Source: Verrucomicrobiota bacterium
Lineage (GTDB): Bacteria > Verrucomicrobiota > Verrucomicrobiia > Opitutales > Seribacteraceae
Reading direction: 5' to 3'
DNA length: 64,000 bases
NCBI GenBank assembly: GCA_027622665.1
Contig: JAQBYT010000011.1
Location: 36,815-100,814 of the forward strand
Shown: positions 39,155-50,013 of the stretch, piece by piece
How the letters are laid out: the number at the start of each line of letters is the position of its first letter
How positions within the stretch are numbered: the stretch's first letter is position 1
The notes under the pieces: model-generated
Database searches by the model: none
Told to the model about the DNA's origin: nothing
The model's input: only the letters and a program-made list of their open reading frames with translations
Made by a program: the position numbers and the translations under genes

Positions 39155-40368
39155 AGAAATACATTTTACCTCCCCTCGTTTTGGCCGCATCCGGAATCGG
39201 AGCATGGGTGCTCATCGCCTTGAAACCGGAACCCAAACGCAGTACGCCTCCCCCGAATGAACCCGTAGTGGAATTCATTCTAGCGGAACGGAAAACTCAG
39301 CGAGTCTTCGTGGATGCATTCGGTACCGTTCGCCCGCGCACCAGCACCACCTTGCTCGCGGGGGTTCCCGGAGTAATCGAAGCGGTGGCGCCCTTCGCAG
39401 AATCAAATCGTTCCGGCCCCCCAGCATCCTTTCGCCCGGGTGGGTTCTTCGAAAAAGGCGACTTGCTGGTGAGTATCGAGGAGATCGATCATCGTGCAGT
39501 TAAGGCAGATGCTGAAGCTTACCTCCGGGCAGCGCAACTACAGTTGAAACAAGAACGAGCTCTATCCGAACAGGCAAAAGCGGAATGGGAACTAGACAGG
39601 GATTGGGCTGATGCTCCGGAACTAGTGAAACGTCTACCCCAGATTCGAAAAGCCGAAGCCGACGAAAAAGCCGCAGAGGCACGCCTCGCCCAGGCTTTAA
39701 GAAACCTACAAAGAGCAAGTGTTCGCGCACCCTTTCGCGGACGCGTCTTGGAAACAATGGCGGACGTTGGCCAAAGGGTAGGTGGCGGAACATCGGCCGC
39801 ACTGGCGAAGGTCTACGCCCTGGACATGGCGGAAATCGATCTGTCGCTCAGTCGGTCCGAGCTCGATCTGTTGAACTTTGGGGAAGGGGCGAATGGATTT
39901 GGCGAAAGTCCCGAAGTGCAACTTCTAAACAAAGAGCAAAGCTTCACGCACCGAGGAAATCTCGATCGATCCGAAGGCACGGTGGATCCAAGAACGCGTC
40001 TCACTAATGTGGTAGCGAGAATTGAAGGAGCGTTCGCAGATCCGTATTCAACCAAAGAGCCAAACTCTCCTCGTCCACTTAGCCCTGGTGAGTTCGTAGA
40101 GGCACGACTATTTGGCCCAAACGTGGAAGTCTTTAAAATCCCCCGTTCGGCCTTTCGCGAAAAGAACACGCTACTAATTATCGACGATGAAAACCGAATA
40201 GAAACCCGCAATGTTCTAACGCTTAAGCAAACGCGTAATTTCGTCTGGGTTACAGACGGTTTGCGAAACGATGAACGAGTTTGCCTTACTCCACTGGATA
40301 TTGTCTCCAAGGGGATGAAGGTTCGTCTCGCCTCGGAGACAGAGAACAACAACAGCACACTGCGATGA
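39151..40368 (+). CDS. RND periplasmic adaptor (membrane fusion protein)
   Basis: N-terminal TM, GTVRP, coiled coil, VRAPFRGRV, VDPRTR, PGEFV. Confidence 0.92.
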   Translation: MKKYILPPLVLAASGIGAWVLIALKPEPKRSTPPPNEPVVEFILAERKTQRVFVDAFGTVRPRTSTTLLAGVPGVIEAVAPFAESNRSGPPASFRPGGFFEKGDLLVSIEEIDHRAVKADAEAYLRAAQLQLKQERALSEQAKAEWELDRDWADAPELVKRLPQIRKAEADEKAAEARLAQALRNLQRASVRAPFRGRVLETMADVGQRVGGGTSAALAKVYALDMAEIDLSLSRSELDLLNFGEGANGFGESPEVQLLNKEQSFTHRGNLDRSEGTVDPRTRLTNVVARIEGAFADPYSTKEPNSPRPLSPGEFVEARLFGPNVEVFKIPRSAFREKNTLLIIDDENRIETRNVLTLKQTRNFVWVTDGLRNDERVCLTPLDIVSKGMKVRLASETENNNSTLR

Positions 40369-43300
40369 TTGCTTGGTTTGCCAAAAACGGGGTAGCTGCG
40401 AATCTCCTCATGGGAGTCATTCTCGTGGCGGGGTTCTTCTCCGTTAGAAACCTCAAAATGGAGATGTTTCCGGAGTTTGACCTAGACCTGATCACCGTTA
40501 CCACGCTCTATCCCGGGGCAGCTCCTGCGGAAGTGGAGGAGGGAGTGTGCAAGCAAATCGAGGAGAAAATCTGGGATCTTACGGGTATAAAGGAACTCAA
40601 CTCATATTCCAGAGAAAACGTCGGCGTGGTTTCCATCGAAGTAGCGCGGGGAAAGGATACGGAGCAAGTCGCAGATGAGGTAAAGGTTAGGGTGGACGCC
40701 ATCGCAAACTTTCCCGAAGAAGCGGAAAAACCATTGGTCGAGGTGGTAACTAGTAAACGTCGTGTAATGGCAGTGGCCATTCACGGCGACTGCGACGAGA
40801 AGACCTTGCGCTTTCTTGCCGAGCGCATGCGCGACGGGTTGACCGCGATCCCCGGCATCACCCAAGTAGAGATTGCAGGCATTCGAAAACCGGAAATCGG
40901 AATAGAGGTTTCCGAGCGCTCCCTGCGGGAACATGGCTTGAGCTTTAACGAAGTGGCTACGGTGCTGCGGCGTTCATCCGTAGATGTTCCCGGAGGCGTG
41001 GCCAAGACTGCGTCCGGAGAAACTCTACTACGAGTCACCGGTAAGGCACGAGTTGGACGCGAGTTCGAGGAAATAGAGTTACTGGCTTCGGAAAAGGGTG
41101 CAAGCGTCCCCCTTCAAGACGTGGCTTCAGTCTCCGACGGTTTCGAGGACAAATCCCTATACACCCTTTTCAAAGGTCAACCTGCGGTTACGCTTCGCGT
41201 CTACCGAGTCGGCAGACAAAGCCCACTGGATATTTCCGATAAGGTAAATGCATTCGTAGAGTCCAAGCGTTCCGAACTACCGGAAGGGATCGAACTGACG
41301 GTTTGGCAAGATAGCTCGTACTACCTACGAGGTCGCCTGCAAATGATGATTGAAAATGCCATAGTGGGTTTAATTCTGGTGTTTTTCGTTCTTTCCCTAT
41401 TCTTGCGCCCCTCTCTGGCAATGTGGGTAGCCTTGGGCATACCGATTTCCTTTTTCGGGGCCTTTGCCTTGATGGGACCGATGGGGACATCCATCAATCT
41501 CGTCTCCCTATTCGCCTTCATCGTAGTTCTTGGCATCCTAGTGGATGATGCCATCGTAGTGGGAGAATCCGTCTATTCTAGAGGACGGGCGGGCGAACCT
41601 TCTCTCAAAGCCGCGATTTCGGGGACTCATGCCGTGGCGGTTCCCGTTACCTTCGCAGTGCTCACCAGTATCGTAGCATTTATCCCGATGCTCTTTCTGC
41701 CAGGCTGGTTGGGCAAACTGATGAAGGATATTCCCTTGGTTGTTATCCCTGTATTGTTTTTCTCTTTGGTGGAGTCGAAATTCATCCTACCGTTCCATCT
41801 CTCATTGTGTAACTTCAATAAACCTCCAAGCAATTTCTTCTCTCGAATACAGGAAAGAGTGGCCACGGGGCTAGAACGCTTCATTGAGAAGTTCTACTCC
41901 CCCTTTCTCGACAGATGCCTCACCCACCGTTACCTCAGCCTATCGATATTCGTTGGTCTCTTCGCCATTACAATAGGATTAATCCTCGGAGGCCACGTTC
42001 CTGCAATCCGGGGAATTCCTCCGGTTCCCTCGGACTACATCTCGGTAAAGCTTACCATGCAAGAAGGCATGCCGGCCAATTCGACTGAGAAAGCCTTGCA
42101 GAACATGGAACAGGCACGGCTCGCCGTAGTCGAGCATCTTGAATCAAAAGGTGAACCGAATCCGTTCCGACATTCGATGCTGACGATGGGAGCGCAACCC
42201 TTCTCAGGTGGACCAGCGGGCTCTCGCGCTGCTCCCGAGGCTTCCCACTTCGGAGAAATTTCAGTGGAGTTGGTGAAATCCGAAAAAAGAAGTCGTTCCG
42301 CGCCAGAGATTTCAGCCCTCTGGCGAGAAAGATTGGGCCCATTGCCAGGGATGAAGCAATTAAGATTTCTTGATGTTGCGGCAGGAGGTCGACCCATTGC
42401 AATCGACTTGGAGATTTCAGGGTTAGACATTGAGCAAATGACCGCTGCCGCTGAAGAAATGAAAGCTAAATTACGAAATTTCTCGGGACTGTTCGACATC
42501 TCCGATACTCATGCGGGGGGCAAACGAGAATTAAAATTAAAGCTAAAACCTGAAGGAAGATCACTGGGATTGACTCAGTTCGACCTTGGTCGTCAAGTGC
42601 GGCAAGCCTTCTACGGCGAGGAAATCCAGAGAATCCAACGCGATCGAGATGAAGTTAAGGTGATGCTTAGATACCCGAAGGAGGAAAGATCCAGTCTCGC
42701 CTCTCTGGCCGCCCTGCGCATTCGTGCTCCCGGGGGTATCGAAGCTCCGTTAGAGGCGGTGGCATCGACCGAGTTCGGGCCAGACTCGCCAACCATCCGC
42801 CGTGCAAACCGCTCGCGAACGGTCAACATACAAGCATCGGCCAACAGAGCGATCGCCGATATTTCCGCCATCGAGGCGGAATTGGAAAAAGGTTTCATAC
42901 CCCAGATCGCCGAAAAGTATCCGGACCTACGCTTCTCCTTCGTGGGAGAACGAAAACAGCAACAGGAAACCGATTCCGGCCTCGGGCAGGCCACAGGCAT
43001 CGCCCTATTCGTAATCTACGGTTTACTCGCAATTCCCTTCCGATCTTATCTTCAACCCTTCCTTGTAATGTCGGTAATCCCATTTGGTCTAATAGGAGCG
43101 GTATTAGGGCACTTGTTATTCGGCATTACGATGAGCCAGCTTTCGATCTTCGGTTTGGTTGCCCTGACGGGAGTGGTCATAAACGACAGTCTCGTGCTCG
43201 TTCACTGGGTGAACAGCAGGCGAGCGGAGGGTATGCCCATGGCGATGGCCGCCCGGAAGGCGGGGTCCGCCCGCTTCCGCCCCATCCTGCTCACCTCGCT

Positions 43301-43544
43301 GACGACCTTCGTGGGGTTGCTCCCAGTCCTCTTCGAGCGCAGCCTGCAGGCTCAGTTTCTCAAACCCATGGCCATCTCGATCGGTTTCGGCGTACTCTTC
43401 GCCACCTTAATCACGCTGATCATGGTGCCCGCCCTTTATCTCATACTGGAAGACTTGAGGAATGGGACGCTACGTTTTCTTAAATACTTCGGTTGGCGCA
43501 AAGAGGAAGAAAGCCCCTCGGACAGCAGCGTTATCCCGAGCTAG
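40365..43544 (+). CDS. RND efflux transporter permease (AcrB/AcrD/AcrF family)
   Basis: MIAWFAKNGVAANLLM, LGILVDDAIVVGE, RFRPILLTSLTT; ATG 40365 overlaps the adaptor stop. Confidence 0.95.
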   Translation: MIAWFAKNGVAANLLMGVILVAGFFSVRNLKMEMFPEFDLDLITVTTLYPGAAPAEVEEGVCKQIEEKIWDLTGIKELNSYSRENVGVVSIEVARGKDTEQVADEVKVRVDAIANFPEEAEKPLVEVVTSKRRVMAVAIHGDCDEKTLRFLAERMRDGLTAIPGITQVEIAGIRKPEIGIEVSERSLREHGLSFNEVATVLRRSSVDVPGGVAKTASGETLLRVTGKARVGREFEEIELLASEKGASVPLQDVASVSDGFEDKSLYTLFKGQPAVTLRVYRVGRQSPLDISDKVNAFVESKRSELPEGIELTVWQDSSYYLRGRLQMMIENAIVGLILVFFVLSLFLRPSLAMWVALGIPISFFGAFALMGPMGTSINLVSLFAFIVVLGILVDDAIVVGESVYSRGRAGEPSLKAAISGTHAVAVPVTFAVLTSIVAFIPMLFLPGWLGKLMKDIPLVVIPVLFFSLVESKFILPFHLSLCNFNKPPSNFFSRIQERVATGLERFIEKFYSPFLDRCLTHRYLSLSIFVGLFAITIGLILGGHVPAIRGIPPVPSDYISVKLTMQEGMPANSTEKALQNMEQARLAVVEHLESKGEPNPFRHSMLTMGAQPFSGGPAGSRAAPEASHFGEISVELVKSEKRSRSAPEISALWRERLGPLPGMKQLRFLDVAAGGRPIAIDLEISGLDIEQMTAAAEEMKAKLRNFSGLFDISDTHAGGKRELKLKLKPEGRSLGLTQFDLGRQVRQAFYGEEIQRIQRDRDEVKVMLRYPKEERSSLASLAALRIRAPGGIEAPLEAVASTEFGPDSPTIRRANRSRTVNIQASANRAIADISAIEAELEKGFIPQIAEKYPDLRFSFVGERKQQQETDSGLGQATGIALFVIYGLLAIPFRSYLQPFLVMSVIPFGLIGAVLGHLLFGITMSQLSIFGLVALTGVVINDSLVLVHWVNSRRAEGMPMAMAARKAGSARFRPILLTSLTTFVGLLPVLFERSLQAQFLKPMAISIGFGVLFATLITLIMVPALYLILEDLRNGTLRFLKYFGWRKEEESPSDSSVIPS

Positions 43545-44476
43545 TCACCCTTTTCGCCCGAGGCCAGAAGGGTCTCAAAATGAGGTTCCTCTTCCTCCCG
43601 GGTCACGACTTCGGCTGAGACTTTACGGAAACCGGCTTCGCGGAGCATGCGATAGAGATCGTTCTCGGAAAAGCCAAGCCAGCGATCGGCGTATAGCTCA
43701 CGGGCTTTCTCAAAAGTATGTTCCTTGAGGTCGAGCACGATGATCTGCCCCTTGGGTCGCAGAATACGAAAAGCCTCGGCGAGGGCAACTTCCGGACGCT
43801 GGGCATGGTGGAGAGACTGACTCATGAGAGCCAAATCAACGGAACCATCAGGCAGCGGAACCCTCTCAATGTCACCATGCTTGTAGGCGAGGTTGGTGAG
43901 CCCGTTCTTCCGCGCAAGTTCCTTACCAACGCGAACCATGCTGCGGGAACTGTCGATGCAATGTATCTTCTTCGCCCGACGGGCGAGAAGCTGAGACACC
44001 ATGCCTTCGCCGGCACCTAGATCAGCCACCACAATTTCGGGAACAAGCCGCAACAAGAAATGCCCGATAGCCTCCCAGGAACGACCGGGGCAATAGTTCT
44101 TTCCGAGACGCCCCGCTACGGTGTCGAAATATTTCTCCGTGGCTTGCCTGCGTTTATCGACGATTCGCCGCGAAGCAATTTCATCCTTCTCCGCATCGGG
44201 CTCTGCAGAAAAGGCTTCAAAAGCTGCAAAAAAGAGTTTGTCGTTTGGAGGATCGGGGTTCAGAAATCCATAAAAGGTCTTCTTCCCGTCTTTTCGATCG
44301 GAGACGATCCCCCTTTGTCTCAACAGGGACAAATGCGTCGATATTCGAGACTGTCCCATATCCAATATTTCCTGCAGTTCGGCAACGGATAATTCCTCCT
44401 CGGTAAGTAGGCGAAGAATCCGCAGACGAGTTGAGTCGGCTAGTAGACGGAGGGTCTCGTAAGCGCTCAAGGGCAA
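43541..44476 (-). CDS. ArsR-family HTH fused to a SAM-dependent methyltransferase domain (SahR-like)
   Basis: LADSTRLRIL...LSVAEL...QSRISTHL, then DLGAGEG and QSLHH. Confidence 0.88.
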   Translation of the reverse strand: MPLSAYETLRLLADSTRLRILRLLTEEELSVAELQEILDMGQSRISTHLSLLRQRGIVSDRKDGKKTFYGFLNPDPPNDKLFFAAFEAFSAEPDAEKDEIASRRIVDKRRQATEKYFDTVAGRLGKNYCPGRSWEAIGHFLLRLVPEIVVADLGAGEGMVSQLLARRAKKIHCIDSSRSMVRVGKELARKNGLTNLAYKHGDIERVPLPDGSVDLALMSQSLHHAQRPEVALAEAFRILRPKGQIIVLDLKEHTFEKARELYADRWLGFSENDLYRMLREAGFRKVSAEVVTREEEEPHFETLLASGEKGD

Positions 44477-44534
44477 GGGGGGAACAGATCTTTCACTGCG
44501 AAGTGGAAACCTGTTCCGCAGGCTTGGATGTAAC

Positions 44535-46424
44535 TCAGTTGCGGTCGACCCAACGACTCATTCCCTCAACCCGCCAACTGTGTGAGACTCCATCGATATC
44601 GGTCAATACTTCCTCGCCCACTTTTTTTCCAAGTAGTTTTTGGCCCAAGGGTGTTTCGTAAGACAATACACTGTTATCGGGATCGCTGTCCCATGCTCCA
44701 AGAATGGAATAAGTTTGGGTCTCGCCCGAAGTTTGATCGACCAGATTTACAATTGTACCGATGCCCACACTATCCGAAGGGGCATCCGAGAAATCGGTAG
44801 ATTGCGCACGGGCAAGATCGGACTGCAATTCGGATTGGCGCGCTAAAAGTAGCTTTTGCTCGTCCTTGGCCATATGATATTCGGCGTTTTCTCTAAGATC
44901 TCCGTGCTCGCGAGCAGTCTCGATCGCCACTGAGTTTTCAGGAATCTTTTCATTCGTGATCGTTTCCAAGTCGGTTAGCCTCTGTTTGAGGCTATCTGTG
45001 GAAACAATGAGGGTATCGGTAACGCCTGACTCGGTGGATGAGGCGGAAGAACTCTCGCCGCTACCATCTACAAGTTCTTGAACCTCAGGGAAAAGCTTAA
45101 TGAAACGGGCGAGCAAAGAACGTTTACTGAGGTCATCAAAACCGGGGTTGAGCAAGAGGGCTTGCACCAAGTCTCGAGCCGTTTCCAAATCAGCCTGCGC
45201 TAATACATCCGGTATGAGAGTCTTGTCCTCACTAAGAACTTCCGCCAAAGGGATTCGTCGAGTACTGGCGTTTCGCAAAGACTCGTGATCGATAGCTGAA
45301 AAAACAGAACTAAGAAGTCTAGGAGTAAATAGAGGTTCGAGAAACTTTTCGAATTTCGCCAGTTTACGAAACTTCAGAATCCAGAGTAGAACAGGACCTT
45401 TAAGTGTCTGCTCATCCAGCCAGCGAACCATAGAACTAAACAGTAACTTTTCTTCACCTTTATCCAAGAGGAAGTGAGCGGATTCACTGGAAAATTTCGT
45501 AGCGCAATGGGGCAACAAACGCTCAACAACTATTTGCTTCCAATCGTCAGAATATACTCGTGTGATGAGATCAAGGAAGCGTTGATGAAATTTTGACGGT
45601 AGTTGCTCGGCCAATTCAGGTAAATTACCTTCGCTATCTTTAATGATGGAAGCTGAAGTCGGTTCGAGTTGCTCAACGTCCTCTTCCACATCACGAGCTA
45701 AGTTGTTTCTAACCCATACACCGTAAAGTCGTTCGGATTGGTTCAGTTTGCGTGCCTCTATGATCGTAGTGGTAAGTTCTTCAAGCACTCGGGGGAGGTC
45801 GTTCTTCAAGTTCTCCTTTTCCGCAGATAGGTCGAATAGTTTCTCCGCCAGAATAATCTTCTGCTTGGAACGCCGTTCTTCAAAAAAGTCCTGCAGTATT
45901 TCCTGCTCCGGATTAACCGGTTCGTCCCTAAGGACATAAGGCTCGTTCTTCTTTGGCGGAACAGCAACACGAGCATCCTTGACCAACAGTTTTTTTGTAC
46001 TCGCCCACCATTTCTTTGCTTTGGCGGAACCGAAAAGATAATTCAAAACGACTTCGATCTCACGAGCGGTGGAGCATTCGTTCTCACATAGGACAAGAAT
46101 TCCCATAATCAAAGATACAGGATCTTTCTTCGCTTCTTTCTCGACCGTCTCTGGATCCATCCGATGACGAGTTAAGACATGCGTTTCATGCAAAACCTCC
46201 AACTTGTCGATGCAAAACACGGGATCCATTGCATGCCCTTTGCGGTCGCCATCCTCAAAGTCTATAAGAAGCATACCGCGTTCCTCGCTAAATCCAGATA
46301 TCTTGCCGAAACCCCAGCTGCGATGAATGCAGTATGCACCTTCTTGCATCGAATCAAGTACTTCGCGCGACTTAGCGAGAATAGGTTTCGCCTCGATTAG
46401 GCGATCAATATGTTCTGTTTTCAT
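44535..46424 (-). CDS. greA: GreA/GreB elongation factor with a long N-terminal extension
   Basis: C-terminal AREHGDLRENAEYH and SYETPLGQKLLGKKVG; ATG at 46424. Confidence 0.88.
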   Translation of the reverse strand: MKTEHIDRLIEAKPILAKSREVLDSMQEGAYCIHRSWGFGKISGFSEERGMLLIDFEDGDRKGHAMDPVFCIDKLEVLHETHVLTRHRMDPETVEKEAKKDPVSLIMGILVLCENECSTAREIEVVLNYLFGSAKAKKWWASTKKLLVKDARVAVPPKKNEPYVLRDEPVNPEQEILQDFFEERRSKQKIILAEKLFDLSAEKENLKNDLPRVLEELTTTIIEARKLNQSERLYGVWVRNNLARDVEEDVEQLEPTSASIIKDSEGNLPELAEQLPSKFHQRFLDLITRVYSDDWKQIVVERLLPHCATKFSSESAHFLLDKGEEKLLFSSMVRWLDEQTLKGPVLLWILKFRKLAKFEKFLEPLFTPRLLSSVFSAIDHESLRNASTRRIPLAEVLSEDKTLIPDVLAQADLETARDLVQALLLNPGFDDLSKRSLLARFIKLFPEVQELVDGSGESSSASSTESGVTDTLIVSTDSLKQRLTDLETITNEKIPENSVAIETAREHGDLRENAEYHMAKDEQKLLLARQSELQSDLARAQSTDFSDAPSDSVGIGTIVNLVDQTSGETQTYSILGAWDSDPDNSVLSYETPLGQKLLGKKVGEEVLTDIDGVSHSWRVEGMSRWVDRN

Positions 46425-46577
46425 GTCGTTTAAGTTGCGAAGAGATTTTGAGCTGAAAATAAAAGGATAAAGTATAAGCCCAAAAAGCAGCAACTGCTTC
46501 AATATCGGTAATGATCTTCGTAGGAATGGCGAGCGAAATCTTGCTCAAAAGCAAAAGGGCGAGTGAGCGAAGGCAAG

Positions 46578-47909
46578 TTACACTTTTTCGGGTTGGTCAA
46601 TTCTGAAAAGGAATATGGCGGGAAGAATCAGTAACACCGCCCCGCTTGCATAGGCTAACGCAGAACCAAACTGGAAATAGGCAACCCCAGCCAATAAAGG
46701 CCCAATCGCCCGAGCCAACGATCCGGAAGAACGAAAAACGCCTAAATGAAAACCTTGACTGCTTTCACTTGAATGAAGGGAAGCCAGAGCCGTTAGAGTC
46801 GGACTGGTGAAAGCTACGCCGACCGACATAAGCAAAAGGCCCACATAGAAAAAAGTTTCCTCACCTGCCGCAGCGAGGAAACAAAAGGCAAGGGCACCAA
46901 AGATTACTCCACACAAGGCAAGATTTCTCTCACCAACAGGTCCCACCAAACGACGCACGAGAACTCCTTGGGCTATAATCAAGGTGAGACCTATGAGCAG
47001 AAACATCCGGGTGTTGTCGGCAGGAGTATAAACAAAGCGCTCGACGGCAAGAAAGGTCAGGGTAAACTCCATTCCGCTAAAGGAGATCATATAAAAGAAA
47101 TAGGCTAGGCAAGAACGGCGAACGGGAATGTTTTCAACTTTGCCAAGTTGAAAGATTCCCGGTTTCCCGGGGCGTTGATTATCTCTCTTCTCAATGGGCA
47201 AAGTCTCACGAAAACGCAAGGCAAGCCAAACGAAATTCAGTAGCGCCAGCAAAAAACTAGCGATTCCGGCACCAGAAAAAGGGTTAAGGGCGAAAAAACC
47301 GAGACTTTGATATTGAGAAAGTTCTCCGCGATACATCCAAGCCAGACCACCAATCGCCGGACCTAAAATAAAGCCCAGGCCAAAGGCAATCCCAACTAAA
47401 GCCATGCCCTTTGCTCGCGTTTTCCGAGGTGTCACGTCGGCGATTGCAGCAGTGGCGACCGAAAGGTTTCCACTGGCCATGCCACCTACGACTCGAGAAA
47501 GGACAAGAGCCCAAAAGTTTCCGGCAAAGATCCAAACAAGATAGCCCAGGCATGTACCGCCCACGCTGATCAGCATGATAGGCCGGCGACCGATCCGATC
47601 CGACCAATGTCCCCATATTGGGGCGAAAAGAAACTGAAGAATCGCAAAAAGGGATCCTAGTACTCCACCAAAGATCACCGTCTCTATTCGAAAGCCGGCA
47701 TTCTCAGAAGTAAAACCAAGGTGCTGAATGGAAGAAACGAAACGGGTAAGGAGTCCGCCATCCACATCTTTTTCAAGATAATGGTCGAGCATCTCGGGAA
47801 AGAGAGGGAAAATCACGGAAAAACCGACCATATCAAGAAAGATGGTCAAGAACACCACCCCGAAGGCACCTCGCTTGGGTTTGCTGACTGAAGAGGGATT
47901 TTCGTTCAT
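46578..47909 (-). CDS. MFS transporter (TetA/DHA1-like)
   Basis: FLDMVGFSVIFP, motif A GHWSDRIGRRP, GLGFILGPAIGG. Confidence 0.9.
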   Translation of the reverse strand: MNENPSSVSKPKRGAFGVVFLTIFLDMVGFSVIFPLFPEMLDHYLEKDVDGGLLTRFVSSIQHLGFTSENAGFRIETVIFGGVLGSLFAILQFLFAPIWGHWSDRIGRRPIMLISVGGTCLGYLVWIFAGNFWALVLSRVVGGMASGNLSVATAAIADVTPRKTRAKGMALVGIAFGLGFILGPAIGGLAWMYRGELSQYQSLGFFALNPFSGAGIASFLLALLNFVWLALRFRETLPIEKRDNQRPGKPGIFQLGKVENIPVRRSCLAYFFYMISFSGMEFTLTFLAVERFVYTPADNTRMFLLIGLTLIIAQGVLVRRLVGPVGERNLALCGVIFGALAFCFLAAAGEETFFYVGLLLMSVGVAFTSPTLTALASLHSSESSQGFHLGVFRSSGSLARAIGPLLAGVAYFQFGSALAYASGAVLLILPAIFLFRIDQPEKV

Positions 47910-47917
47910 GGCGAGAG

Positions 47918-48421
47918 TCAGGAGTCCTTATTCCCCATTTGCTCAGCTACCTCACGGAGAGACGCAAGGACATTGGGTGGCACCAAGCCATTGGTGTCCC
48001 GACCACCATGAAGGTGGACTTGCTTTATGAGGTTCGAACTGGTGAAAAAATACTTCTCGTTAGGCATCAAGAAAATAGTTTCCAATTCCGAGTCCAGATG
48101 ACGATTCATCTGGCCCATTTGAAACTCGTACTCGAAGTCCGATACCGCCCGGAGTCCCCGGACAATGACTGATGCTTCGGTTTTGCAGGCGTAATCGACA
48201 AGCAAACCTGAAAAACTCTCCACCGAAACTTGCAGGAGATCGGAAACGTTTTCCTGAATCAAACGCACTCGATCATCCACGCCGAACGTTATTTTCTTTG
48301 AAAAGTTATCTGAAGCCACCGCAACAATTACTTTGTCGAAGAGACGACAAGCTCGAGCAAGGACGTCAAGATGTCCGTTGGTAATCGGATCGAAAGTGCC
48401 GGGGTAAATAGCGGTTGTCAT
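47918..48421 (-). CDS. coaD: Pantetheine-phosphate adenylyltransferase
   Basis: [29 protein letters not shown]. Confidence 0.96.
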   Translation of the reverse strand: MTTAIYPGTFDPITNGHLDVLARACRLFDKVIVAVASDNFSKKITFGVDDRVRLIQENVSDLLQVSVESFSGLLVDYACKTEASVIVRGLRAVSDFEYEFQMGQMNRHLDSELETIFLMPNEKYFFTSSNLIKQVHLHGGRDTNGLVPPNVLASLREVAEQMGNKDS

Positions 48422-48530
48422 AGAAACATTGCAGAACTTACTAAAAAAACATGTAAAGTCGACCACCAAGGCGGAAAAGACTTGCGGAAGAAGCCCTTGC
48501 CCCCACAAGGAGAAGCGAGACTCAAGTCCC

Positions 48531-49145
48531 ATGAATTCCCCAAACCTCATTACCTTGTCGAGAATCCCGTTGATGCTGATCGTCATCGGTTGCCTTTATC
48601 TACCACCGGAAGAGGCGTTTCCATGGTCGCGCCTAACGGCCCTCCTCCTCTTTCTGTTCGCGGCTCTTACCGACTGGCTGGACGGTTGGCTAGCTCGGCG
48701 AATGGGGAAAGTTTCTGATTTTGGAAAGTTTATGGACGCCCTTTGCGACAAGATTCTTACACTTGGCATGTTCGTAAGCCTCCTGACGATCGGCGTCATC
48801 GATCGATGGGCTCTATTTCCCGTACTGCTCATTTTATCGCGAGAGCTCCTCATCACCGGTCTGCGACTCGTTGCTGCTTGCAAGGGTATAACCTTGGCTG
48901 CAGAAAAGGTAGGCAAGCTCAAGACCGTCATCCAACTCACCTGCATCAGTCTCTTTCTTGGAGAAATGACTATGCTAGACGATCTAGCCGACAAAATGCC
49001 GATCAACTTTTACGAGCCATTACTCGAGGCGGTATCGGGAGCAGCCAACGCAACCTTAATACTGGCCACGTTGCTCACTGTCTTTTCAGGTGTAGTATAC
49101 TTGGCAAAGTACTGGAACCTCTTTATGGACGAGGAAGAGAAGTGA
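48531..49145 (+). CDS. pgsA: CDP-diacylglycerol--glycerol-3-phosphate 3-phosphatidyltransferase
   Basis: [18 protein letters not shown]...[25 protein letters not shown]. Confidence 0.93.
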   Translation: MNSPNLITLSRIPLMLIVIGCLYLPPEEAFPWSRLTALLLFLFAALTDWLDGWLARRMGKVSDFGKFMDALCDKILTLGMFVSLLTIGVIDRWALFPVLLILSRELLITGLRLVAACKGITLAAEKVGKLKTVIQLTCISLFLGEMTMLDDLADKMPINFYEPLLEAVSGAANATLILATLLTVFSGVVYLAKYWNLFMDEEEK

Positions 49146-49657
49146 CGGACGCCCCTTTCCCCGCGTCACAGGACTCCGGAGCGAATCGATTATTGCTCGG
49201 TCTAGCAACGTTAGGCCCTTTAGGCACTTGTTGTCCTGCTCCAGGAACTTTTGGTTCTCTTGCGGGAGCGCTTGCCTTTCTCGCACTGGTGGAATGGTCG
49301 CATCTCCCTACATCCTTAATTTTGTGGGGATTCACGCTACTTGCCTTCCTCGCAATTCCGCTTTGCTCGGCAGCCGAACGCATCCTTTGCAAACGCGATC
49401 CGGGAGAGATCATAATCGACGAATTCGTTGCCATGCCGCTGGTTTTCTGGGGCGTTTCGGATACTCTTACCAGCACTGAAGGAACTCTCGAAAAATTGAC
49501 CTTAACATGTGCCGGGTTTGTTCTTTTTCGTATCTTCGACATCTGGAAACCGTTGGGCATTAATCGCCTCCAAACGCTACCGAAAGGTCTCGGCGTAGTA
49601 GTCGATGATCTCGGAGCTGCATTCGCCGCCGGATTATGCTTATGGATATTTGCCTAA
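49142..49657 (+). CDS. pgpA: Phosphatidylglycerophosphatase A
   Basis: APGTFGS, DPGEIIIDE, FRIFDIWKP, GVVVDD; GTG start overlaps the pgsA stop. Confidence 0.92.
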   Translation: MTDAPFPASQDSGANRLLLGLATLGPLGTCCPAPGTFGSLAGALAFLALVEWSHLPTSLILWGFTLLAFLAIPLCSAAERILCKRDPGEIIIDEFVAMPLVFWGVSDTLTSTEGTLEKLTLTCAGFVLFRIFDIWKPLGINRLQTLPKGLGVVVDDLGAAFAAGLCLWIFA

Positions 49658-49706
49658 ACTTTTTCTTTGTCTTTTTTCCGTTTTAAGGCCCAAATCAAAA
49701 TCGAAA

Positions 49707-49985
49707 ATGAGTGAAGATGCACGAGAAATAGTATTGGAGGTAACCAATCGGATGGGAGTTCATGCTCGCCCGGCCGCTATGATCGTGCGAATCGCCAATA
49801 ACTATACCGGTGAAATCTGGGTCGAAAAAGACGGTGAACGAGTGAACGGAAAAAGTATTATGGGAATCATGATGCTTGCCGCCGGAAAAGGAACGAAACT
49901 CATATTCCATACAGATTGTGAGAACGCAGAAGGTTTTTGCAAAGAGATGACCACACTCTTCGTGGGCAACTTTCAGGAAGAGTAG
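49707..49985 (+). CDS. ptsH: Phosphocarrier protein HPr
   Basis: NRMGVHARPA (His15) and NGKSIMG (Ser46). Confidence 0.94.
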   Translation: MSEDAREIVLEVTNRMGVHARPAAMIVRIANNYTGEIWVEKDGERVNGKSIMGIMMLAAGKGTKLIFHTDCENAEGFCKEMTTLFVGNFQEE

Positions 49986-50013
49986 CTCCGGTCAATGCGC
50001 GGATGGCTCTAGA

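Noticed and set aside
44535..46424. Very long GreA as a novelty
   Set aside because: Long N-terminally extended GreA proteins are already known in Chlamydiae and spirochetes.
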